Positions 1-12,000 of a stretch of DNA of 64,000 nt are shown here, one piece after another (position 1 is the first letter of the stretch; each line of letters opens with the position of its first letter). This DNA is from Albugo candida. Lineage: Eukaryota. The stretch spans positions 62,001 to 126,000 of the forward strand of contig JBDOQK010000048.1 of assembly GCA_040437565.1 (NCBI GenBank), given 5' to 3'. Both the position numbers and the translations under genes were made by a program. Below the pieces are notes generated by a model that saw only the letters and a list, made by a program, of their open reading frames with translations, did no database searches and was not told the origin of the DNA.

Positions 1-3000
1 AAAAAATCCTTTCATTATCGTTCCTCGAAATGTATCGTAGAAAATCTCGGCCTTCCCACTAACTCCATCAACCACTGCATCCTGGAGATATATTCTGTCT
101 CCGCTCCCGTCCAGGACCGAAAATGTGATGTTCCAAACGACTTTGGAAGTGGTAAATTTGCTCACTTTGATCGGGTACAAGCCCAAACCTTTAGAAATTG
201 CTTCATGCAGATCATCGGTATTTGCATCGATGCTAACTTTAGCCCATCTCGATGCATTTGTCGTCAATCCAAGAGTAATCTCCCCGGTTGTCTCGGCCGC
301 GGCTCCCGATATACGCATAACACTTTTCGATACTTCTGAAGTTGAACTGAGATTATCATCGACAATTCTGAGCATTTTCCGCTCACTTGCATCCAGATCA
401 AATGTGATATCCCAACAGAAACCATAATAATTTGGCACATACGACCTAGAGACATTGACATTTAAAGCCCCCTCTATTGATCCCAATATATCTCGAAGCT
501 CCAAGGCGCGAATCATAGAACTCAACACGGGCGTTACACTCAGTCCATACGCCAAGACAAAATGGCCAGATATGGGGCTCTGAGAGGATATTATTATTCG
601 TTGAACTTCCATGACCTTATCTTGTTGTGGAATGTGTATTGATACGACAGGTTGTGACAAATTACTCTGAAGCAGTTTTATTGACTGAATCTCACTTCGA
701 ATTGGTTTTTTCGCTCCATCTTGTAAAGTGTGCACATGAACTCTGGCCCCTTCGTCATTACTTATCAGAAGCTGATTATCTGACATCAACATATCGATGT
801 TTCCAGCCGTGGGTTGAAATGTCACTGTCCAAGAGTAACAAGAATGATCGTACGGATCGGATCGAGTTATGGCCATGACCGGAAGAAACTCGGACAGGAT
901 GCTGAACATAGAATTTCGGGTCCCATCCATACCCGGAGCATCATATGCGATATACCTTGACCAACGTATACCGGTCCCGACGCTATTTGTTGATCCTAGC
1001 GAAAAGTATCCACTCAAATCCGAGCCTCGTGATTTTAGATGTGTTGATATCACCTGTACTTCCGATCGTGCGATAAACGCCGCGATGACGATTTCGAATA
1101 TAGTTGGTCTCAGGGTACTAGAAGGAGTATAACAGCGAACTGAGGTGCTTGACTGTTGGTAGGCAGGCACCACAAAGTTTCGTGAGCGTCTGTGGCCAAA
1201 TTGGCAGTGTGTAATGCGTAGTCCTCTCTCAGTTGAGTGGTAGTCAACCACGGTCGCGGTGCCACCGTTGAAGGGACCCGATTGAGGATTTATTTTCCGT
1301 AATTCAATCTCCGGGTAATAATTGAAACGAGTTGAATTTGGTATCGGAATAAAGTCTTTGTTATTGTTTGAGATTCTGAGGCTTGCCCACCCTTTTGCCC
1401 GATAAAGCTCCGCATTACTACAGGTGGAATTGCACCAATGTCCTAGAATTGAAGGGGCTTTACAAACGACCGAATTGCTTGATAGAAAAATCCCTTTTCC
1501 AACGCTAGTCGACGTATAATTCCTTGCAGGAGTATTGATTGACCACGAGCAGCTTAACATGGATGAATTGATAAAGTTGGTGCCTTGTATAGTTACTGAC
1601 GAGCCCCCATGACTCGATCCTGAATTTGGATAAATAAAACTCTTCAGAATGATTTCTTCGTAATAAGTGAAAATTGCTGTTCCAATAGATTCAAGACCAG
1701 CATCTGCTGAGTGCCCATCAAAGAACATTCGCAGTGCTACGTACACGGATCGTACCGCTGTAGATGGAGGACTTGTGCAACTCACAGCGGTGGCATTCAA
1801 AAAGAACGCATCGGAAATTGTTTGTCCAAAGACACACATAAGGCGCGACTCTGAAGTAAACCACTCCCCCCTGAGTATTATAGGAGTTCCGCCTCTTGTT
1901 GGACCGATGTTAGGTTGTACATCCCAAACGGTAGGATTACGTACATATTGATACGTGAGTCGGTTTTGCGCGACGTCTTGTCCATTATACAACACTTCTA
2001 CACCAACACAACCTGTTCGTAGACGAATTGAATCGATGCTGGATTTTGCATCAGTTGGGTCACCAACATGAAGTAAATACGCTTTTAGAAGAGGTTGCAT
2101 ACAATGACCCAATTTCAAAGGTAATGTGTCGAATGTTATATTCCAAACAATTTGAAATGAATTTTGCAGGTCTACGAGTTCAATGGATACATTCCTGACT
2201 CGGAAAGAGCCATTGACCAACTCTTCAATTGCTGCTGCGATCTCGTACCCTCTTGATGAGAGGTTTAAATTGTCGACTGAGCTGTCACCGTATGTGAGTT
2301 TTACTCTTCTACTTAGCGAGTGGGCATATCCTTCCTGTAAGCGAGACACTCGGGCTTCACGTCGACTAGATTCGATTGTAAAAAGATTTACTTTACCAAA
2401 ACCACTCGGGAATTCCACGGTCCAATTGCGGCCCGAATTTCTATCTGTAGAGCTATCATGTATTTTGATATCCCGACTAATTAGAATTGCTTTTATAGCT
2501 TCTTGCATATCAACGGCTGTAGAACTGGTTGATAAAGGTTTTGATACTTTTCCTCCGAATCCAAGTCTAATTGGAGAAATCGATGCACAAGGATATTTTG
2601 TTCTACGGACAACTCCTTTCCCCCGTGTATTAGATAGATGGTTGACTTCTATCTGAATCAATGGACGAGCCTTTGGTATGATTCGATCATCGAGAAACGT
2701 AATTTCCCAGCTGTAGCCGTCGTAATGATCATTGTGATCGCGTCTCACTTGAACGATCTCTCCAAGCGAGCGAAAGACTTGTTTCATTTCAATAATCGTA
2801 GCATTCGAGGAGACTATAGCTGTTCTTTTGTTATATGTTAGCAATAAATCATCCTTAGTCGATGTGAAGTCACTTTTCCGGAGAACGATCCATCCAGCTT
2901 CGACATCTTTGCGGTATATGGAGCGAAGATTTCTTGTACAGAACGTCAGTGGACGTAACAATCCACTCTCCGATACAAACGTGACAAGCCAGCCATAGCC

Positions 3001-6000
3001 ATCCCCAAATGGAAATGGAGACTGATCGAGTCGCATGCGAGATACCACAACTGAGCCATAGAATCCTGGACTCTCAAGCAAGTCCTTCATCATATCCGCG
3101 GTTGCGTTCCAAGGGATCGATCTGTACGTGAGTCCAGCATCCGCAGAAATGGAAATATTACCCTCAATAACGGAGCTTCCATTCGCATATATCATGTACA
3201 CTTGTCCCGGGTTCGAAGCATCGATTATTTTCGTATTGACGACGTAGTGCTTCGTTGCTTCATACGGTAATGACACTCTTGGATTATCTAACTCTTGCAC
3301 ACCAGTACTTGTGATTCGCCATACATATGACGATTCACTCTGGTTTCGACCAACGAATACATCGTTGACTGCTGGAAATGACGACAAACGATCGAAAATA
3401 TCTTTAACATCATTCCTAGTTGCTGTCACTATGGAAATGGGCTTCGACTTCATTTGAATGTATGCCTTGATGTTCAATTGACTATCTGCTGGATATGAAG
3501 CATTCAATGGGATCGCAAAAGGGCCCATCGGAAGAAAAAAATCGATTTGAAAGCTTAAATGTCCAATTCGAATAACATCCCCGCGTTCAACGATGCCTGT
3601 GATATTCTCTGTCGTATGAATGATCGGCCAATTTTCTTGAACTGTAACAAACCCTGGTAAGCCAACATTGGTTGGTCCATGAGATAATTGTACTACCGAT
3701 GAGGATGGATTGCAGTTAGACCCAATCCCGTCTTGCAGTGTTTCCTGTGTTGCGATCACAGCCCCGTTTGAGTTGGGTTCTATTAACTTCACGCTAAGAT
3801 CAGGAATATCGTCGGTATTAGCAAAAGTGATCAGCCATGAAAGACTTTGGAAAAAGTCCGAGTGCAAATTTGACACGGAGACGTGGTGCCCATGAACAGC
3901 CGATAACCCTCCAACCAATGACGCAAATTCGATTTCTGAAGCCCCGGTGTCTATTGATACTTCTTCTCCAGCCAATATGAGTGAGAACCTACCAGAAATT
4001 GGCAATAATGTTCCATTGGTGACCTCGCTTATGGTAATATTTGCATCATATTTAGTAGAAACGAGAGTTGTTTGAGCACCACCAGCGGACAGCTCTGGAG
4101 TATTCGCATAAATTTTAGGGTGAGTGAATGTTACTAGCCAGATGAACGATGTTTTGCCTGACATACCATTTGTACGACTAACTGTTGCTTCCCCAACAGA
4201 CGGGAGAGCATTGAGAGCCTCTGCAATAAGTTGTGCTGAACTGTCAAAAGGTAAAAGGGGAGTGGTCTCTTCTCCAGCAAACCTTAGAAAAAAGTGCCCT
4301 GATAGCACGCCACCAGAGTCGGCTTTCGTTTCAATTCTTTGTACCTCCATCCACGTCTGTGTTTGTAAATTTATAATTGATCCATAAGCATGACTCGAGC
4401 CCTCAATCTGACGTGTATCAAGCCAAACTACATCACCAGGATTATGCGATCTATATGTTACATCCCAGAATCTACCTCCAGAGAAATCACTCCCACCATA
4501 CTTGACTTCTATGTCTGTAATGAGGTTAAGACCATACAGCGCCAATCGTATAGCATCAGATGACGCAGTTATTGGGAGAGATTCTGTTACATGTTCTGAA
4601 ATTGCCATCCTGAAGCTACCCTTTAGAGGGACGATCTGTCCCTTTCTGACCTCAGCAACTCGAATCCATGGAAGAGGTCTATAAGGCTCTGATACGATGT
4701 TGATGATTTCAAGTTGTTTCAAATCGCCGAAATTGAACGGAAATGTAATCTGCCAAGTCTTCATACTTTTTGCAATCCTTGAAATCAACGTAACATTCAA
4801 ATCATCAAGCGTTGTCAGATTACTCATTGCGTTTGCAACATCTCTTGCATTGGCATCGAACGAGATCGGATTCGTTATAGCTCCCTCGTAACCAATCTGG
4901 AAGCTTCCAATGAGTCCGGGACTGCACAAAAGAGTGACGTTTTGTATTTCTGATACCAGTCCTTTTCGACGTTCGAATGAGTCAGCTACAAACATAAGTG
5001 TATGACCTGTGAGACTATCTTCAGGGACTTTTTGTAATCTAAGGATCGGTATATCACCAGCGACATAGAAAGTAATGTCCCATCGATGACTGCTGTAGAC
5101 AGCTGAACTTGAAACATTGATCGACACCGACAAGTCAGCAAGACAGCCTGTGGACGATGTCTGCGAGTGCTCAAAATAGTAAGATCTGAGAAGATTATCG
5201 AGCACCTGCTTTAAATTCGCGAGTGATTCGATGGGAAGAAAAGCTATACTTTCTTTTCCAGAAAGAGCGAGAATGTGAGGAGTCGAATCCTGCAACGGGA
5301 CCTGAAATTCGAGGATTTGCATTTCCCACACCGACCTTCTCTGCGTGATCGCGATCCGTTGTATATTCGGTGTATGGCGTAACGTTAGATTAATGCGTTG
5401 GATTTCAGATCGCTTACTAATCGCATAGTGTTGAGATTCAATTTGAGGGTGGACGCCAAGCATATCACTGCTTGAGGCCGTAAAGGGGTGCGAAAAAGAA
5501 TAACCAACAGGAAAATGTATGAACCACTCTCGATCACCGTTCAGACCTGGACCTTTCATTGTGCAGTAGGCACTTCCTAGCCATGATTGGAGTGTCGAGC
5601 AATTCGCATTGACACTGATTGCTCTAGATTCTTTAGTCAGTGGATGTCGAAGAATCATGTTTCCTTTCAAGGGCATTGGTGTTCCACGCATGCTAACAAG
5701 AATAGAAAGACCGGGTGATAAATTGCTTTGTAAGTCTCCATATTTTCCAGAAAGATTGAAGGACTTATCATTCGATTGAATCAATGGGATATCTCGATAA
5801 GCTTCAGGGAAATTTATCAAGAAAGTTCTAAGGCTGTCTGGAGACTCCACTTCTCGAACTAGGGCTGATCTGGATTGATCTAAGTTCTGCAACAAAGATT
5901 GTAAATCTCGAGCGGTAGCATTATATGGCAATTCGGTTGTTGTCTCACCACCGATTGAGAGAGTGAAAAATCCATATGGCAAATGAGAAGTTGCATTTCT

Positions 6001-9000
6001 AGTACGAATTACATTGCTCCCAACGTTCGTTAGCATACTGGTGTCTACTTGCAACATTTTTTGCATGCCAGGATTCCGAACAAATATGATTTCCCAGAAG
6101 TAGGTTGTTTCTATTTCATGATTCGATAACACGGTATTCTCGCGGTAAAAGCGCACAAATGGCCGCTTTACACCACTGAGACCTAATAGTGCAGAGCCCA
6201 TACCGTCCGCATCAGCATGTACATTAACCATCACGCTGTTTGAAGAGCCTATAATCGCAAATGACCCATCCAAGATACTATCTAGATGAGCTCCGTGTAT
6301 GGAAAGAACCTGTATCTCGGCCACCGTACCCCGTCGAATCCTATCAACCATACACCATGATTGACTTCCTTGTGAAGCATCTGTGTTAATACTCAACAGC
6401 GGTACGGGTCCGACAGTAGATGTGAATGTAACAAGCCAATAATGGGAGTTATTGTCAAAATCCGAAGCCGGAGACACTTCAAATCTTANNNNNNNNNNNN
6501 NNNNNNNNNNNNNNNNNNNNNNNNNNNNNNNNNNNNNNNNNNNNNNNNNNNNNNNNNNNNNNNNNNNNNNNNNNNNNNNNNNNNNNNNTTGACTTCCTTG
6601 TGAAGCATCTGTGTTAATACTCAACAGCGGTACGGGTCCGACAGTAGATGTGAATGTAACAAGCCAATAATGGGAGTTATTGTCAAAATCCGAAGCCGGA
6701 GACACTTCAAATCTTAGCGCCCATGAAGCAGCTTCAGAGAGAGCTTGGGAGAGCTTTATATGATCTACATTGTAAGGGAGCCATTCTGTGAGGCCATTGG
6801 AAACCACTATCTGGAATCTTCCCCCAACTTCATTACCGACAGATACGGATATGCGCTGTACTTCCGGTAGTTCAGCTGTGTAGACGAACTCGACAAGCTG
6901 GATTGCGGGTTCATATCCTCCAGATAGAGTTCTGATGTGGATCATTTCGTGGTCGTAAGAATTATAATTGGTGAATTTCATTTGTAATATTTGACTTGAA
7001 GCTGACCAAATTTTAGTAGAAATGGTTTGTACTTCTGGTTGATAAGGCACATAAGGTAGGTATATGCTTTGAATCTCATTTTGCTCTTTAGGAACTTCAA
7101 AGCGGAATTGTTGAATCTCGGTGCTCATGTCATCTTGCGAGTATGACGGAGGTGTTTGACACTCAAGCTCATTCTCGTTCCTCATAATCCCAGCACTTTT
7201 TTCCCCATCGAACAAGCATACCACATTGGAATCAGCTTTAAAACCAGTGCCTACAATTTTCACACTGTTTCCCCCGTATATACTTCCATAAGCTGGGTGT
7301 ATTGTGGACAAAGTCGGAGTGTTCAGGACGTAGAAGAATAGTTTATCACTCGTGTAGTCGATTCCCCCATTCAGTGAAATATCGAGAAGGTATGTGAGAG
7401 GCTGTAGTTTGGGCGAGATACAGAAAACTGAACAATTAGCCCACGATCCCTGAACAGTAGATCCGTCGAAATTGTTAGCTTTGAAGCGGCATGTGACGTC
7501 CTCTATCAGGAGCGAATCCAGGCAAACCTCTAATCTAACTTGAATCCTTGTACCTCCTTCGATAGAACCTGAATTAGGATATAAATTTAGCAACCTTGTC
7601 CACCTGACGTAAGTAAATGACTGATGCGTCAGATCCTCTTGAAATCCAGCCACGCCATCTATCCCCTCTACAAGAAATGGTACGATAGACTTACTACCGG
7701 TGATTGTAGGAGGGAAAGACAAACGTGACCGAGGTGGTGAGTTGCAACTGTATTCGGTCGGCGACATATTTCCAGCTTTAACATATATCGAACCAAATTT
7801 ACAAAAGAGGCGAAGGTCCCGCCGTGAGTTTTTGCTGGGAGGACGAAGGGTTCTAAAGGTTACATTGGTACCTCCACTGAACGGCCCACTCATAGGATGA
7901 TAGGATTGTATCATTATCACGTCTGTGTACGCGAAACGAAGTGTTGTTGAGGGGTTAGTATAGTCGATATCATTACCAGCGACTGCAACCAAAATGTTTT
8001 TCGCATGTACCTCCGCTGGGAAGACACATTCAATCTGACGGCTTGATCGAAAAGTAGCTGGAGCACTATGTAATTCCCCGATCATACATCTCAAGCCGTC
8101 ATCTTCTGAAAAAAATGTACCATGAATCGCCACTGTTACTTCTTCATTTAAATGCCAACTAGTGGGGCTAATTCGGGATAGAAGATAAGGTCGGTGCAGC
8201 AACAAAGTCTTCGTTGTCGTGCTATATTCCACACCGTTGTTTGAGGCTTGGACTTTCAGCGCAAGAAATTTCCGGGCTTTTAAATTCTTTAATTGATCCA
8301 ACTCACATTTTATACGAGTAGGAGAAATAAAAACTGCGGGTACTTGGAGCCCATTCAGTCGACATGATAACCATTGTGTGTTCAAAAAGTCCTCGCCGGT
8401 GATAATGAGACTATTCAAATGACCAAAATAAGCCTTCTGTGGGGTGATTGAGGAAACCGTTGGATTACGGACATAGTAGTAATCCATAGTTTGTGTAGCG
8501 TAGCTTGGTCGATGGCTCGAGGTGAAGATATCAGTGATACCAAAATAAAAACTTTGCTGAACGAGGCCGAAATGTATACTTGACAGAGACTCTCCTGGAG
8601 GACTGCTGCATTCTAGCGTACTTTCATTTACGTATTTTAATGGAGCAAGGCGTCGTCCAAATGCGCATGATAGAAACCTAATCTGTTGAAGGTCAATTCG
8701 ATCAAACTCACTGCACGAAAAACGAACTCGCGTTTTCCCTTCAATCTGGCCAAATGAAGGGAAAATCTTGGTGATATGAAAGGTTGACAAAATCTGAATT
8801 TTGTTTTCGCTATCCACAAAAGTGTCGTTGTCCAACGAAATCGACACAGAATGCTCACCATCTGCAAGCCTATGCACAGGAACAGAGCACGTGATGAGAG
8901 CTGGCGAAATCCATTTTGCACGTGCGACGGTATAGCTTTCTCCAAACTTGCAAACCGATAAATTTGACGCGTACGGTGAAAAATTTCTTCCACGTATTTC

Positions 9001-12000
9001 TAGGTGCGGAGGTTTTGCATCATTCCTTTGAGCGCGAAAGAGCCTCAATGGCATAATAGAATCAACACTGGGACAGACATCATACGAAAAAACGAGAGTA
9101 TTGCTCATGTCGGCGCCGGCGTTGATGCTCAAAGATACGGAGATAAGTCTTTTTCGAGCAGACAATTTAAANNNNNNNNNNNNNNNNNNNNNNNNNNNNN
9201 NNNNNNNNNNNNNNNNNNNNNNNNNNNNNNNNNNNNNNNNNNNNNNNNNNNNNNNNNNNNNNNNNNNNNNNATTTTGTTTTCGCTATCCACAAAAGTGTC
9301 GTTGTCCAACGAAATCGACACAGAATGCTCACCATCTGCAAGCCTATGCACAGGAACAGAGCACGTGATGAGAGCTGGCGAAATCCATTTTGCACGTGCG
9401 ACGGTATAGCTTTCTCCAAACTTGCAAACCGATAAATTTGACGCGTACGGTGAAAAATTTCTTCCACGTATTTCTAGGTGCGGAGGTTTTGCATCATTCC
9501 TTTGAGCGCGAAAGAGCCTCAATGGCATAATAGAATCAACACTGGGACAGACATCATACGAAAAAACGAGAGTATTGCTCATGTCGGCGCCGGCGTTGAT
9601 GCTCAAAGATACGGAGATAAGTCTTTTTCGAGCAGACAATTTAAAGTCATCTTTTGGGATCGTTACACGAACTTGAGTTGGAGTCACAACGTCGGGGATT
9701 ACTACGACAACAACTTCATTTGCTTTCTCATCCATGCTTCGAAAGTAGATCAGCACGTTATCATGTAATGTACCCAGGTTCAATCCCTTCAAATGCAGCT
9801 TCGTTTTTTGCACATTATTTAGATGGTTCGGATGCAAAGACAATAACATTGGATGATTTACATATGTGAATGTAACATTGCGTTTGGGTCTGACAAGCAA
9901 TTTCTTTTCCATATTGGTCGAGTATATTACAATTGCGAAGGGATGTGTTGAGGGTCTCGTAACACCATCAGTTTGGCACGGCTGAGATCGTTTTATTGGA
10001 AGCTCGGTATCGCCAACCTGACAATATATATGCAAGGTGCTAAGCTGCGCAATCAATCTGTCGTTAAAGTTCTCTGGTAAGATGTGAATTTGAGTACCAC
10101 CTTGCATTGAACCGATCGTTGGACTGATATAGAAATCTTCCGTAAACAGCAAATTGTCTAAGAAACCTGTATCACCGATCATTTGAGCATAGTCTTGACC
10201 ATTGTTGCCTATAGCAATAGTTGACTCGAACAAGATCCAGGGATTCGAAACTTCGCTGTACAAACAGGACTCATTGATATAAGTTGAATTGATTGGCATA
10301 GATTGAATTGTTTGATTCCAATCTGGTGAGCTTCTTGAGTCATGATCCATAGCAGCTATAACAGAACTTGATTCTGTGAAGTCGGTTCCAAGTATCCAAA
10401 GTGCGAAAGAATTAGAACCGGTTTTGGTCAGGAGTGGCATCGCATGAATATGCTGAATGCTAGGTTGTGTATAGCCCATAAAAAGAATAGCATTTGACAG
10501 AATACTCCCATGTGAACGTATCTGAATTGAGAGCTCTTTTTCGCCGGCGTTGGTTTGGCCAAATTTGGGATTCCTTGGTACAAGGCAGTGCAAAATGCTT
10601 CCTGTTTTCGATTTGTAAGCTTTTACTTTGAAAGCATTGCCAAAAATGCATTCGATAGTTTCGTCATTTTGATCATATGAAGCATCTAGATACAGTTTTG
10701 TTCCTCCGTAAGTAGGCCCACTTCTCGGTTTGATTGACCGTAGTCTTAGATCCGATATTATTCTTATTGTCTTAAGAACTCGTGTTGGATCAACTTCTAG
10801 GCTCAAACCAATAAATTCGATACCACGTGGAAGCGGAGGAGACAGGCATAAACGATGCGTTTCATTTACTCGTATAATTGACTCTTGCCATCTGAATGTC
10901 TTGATTGAGTCCGAGGTAAACACACACTCACTCGCAAATGATATTGTCTGAGACGCGCAGTTATTGCACGTCAGATATAGCGGAATGCGGCCGGATCTTG
11001 TAGCCACAAGGGGACTGACTGTAAATTCTTGCATGATATCGTCTAGCCTAAGTCTTAACTTTTGAGTTGTGAAGTCAACGCCATTCAGTGTGATCTCGAC
11101 ATGCACAAATCCACTATACCACAGCTCTGAAGTCATTTGGCCTGATTCTTTCGCGCCTAGTTCGCAGCGAATTGTGCTGGGGGTCAAAAGTATCGCAGTA
11201 GCTCGCACCTGTGTTCCGATTTTACAAAGTAGTGCTGATGTATTCTGGAATCCACTGCCTGTAGCCAAAATTACCACGGGATATGGTTCATCTTGTGAGA
11301 AGCTTGAGATTACTTGTATCATGCTGAGTTCTGGATCTTCATAGTATGTGTATAAATCAGCTGATGATAATAATTCACTCCCGTTTTTCGAGCTCCTTAC
11401 AGAAACTCGAACATTGGCTTGATTTGAAGTTGCATTAGGTAGACTGGGTAATGGTGGGGTGCTGCAGCTTATAACAGATTCATTTACGCGCTTACCTAAG
11501 TGCAAAGCCCCACCAATGTCGCAAAAGAAAAAGTCTCGTTCGTGCAGAAAGACGTCGAGATGTATGTTGATATTTGTACCCCCACGAACACTTCCAAATG
11601 AAGGTGTGATAGCTTTGAGCTTCGGTAAAATTCCTCGTTCGGATGTTAGATGAACATCAAATGTGCTGAAGAGCTTTGTTTGTAAATAAAGCTCCACTCG
11701 GCGGAGTATGACTCGATTGCAAACCAGTTTGCACTTTGAGAAATCATGCGGTAGTTGAAAAGTTACGTTTCGCCATCCAATTGTAGATAGCAAAGATTCC
11801 CTATATCTGGTGAGCCGAGTAATACCCTTTAGATCTTGATACGTCATTGTGGTTCTACATGCCCAAGATCGTGATGAAGAAAAATCTATTCCGCTTATAA
11901 TGAGATCGTCATAATCCGGTGAATGACTAACCAGTTTGAATTGGAGAGGAAGCGAGCCTGGAATGATCTGCAGTTTATCAGATGCTACAGCTATCTCTTG

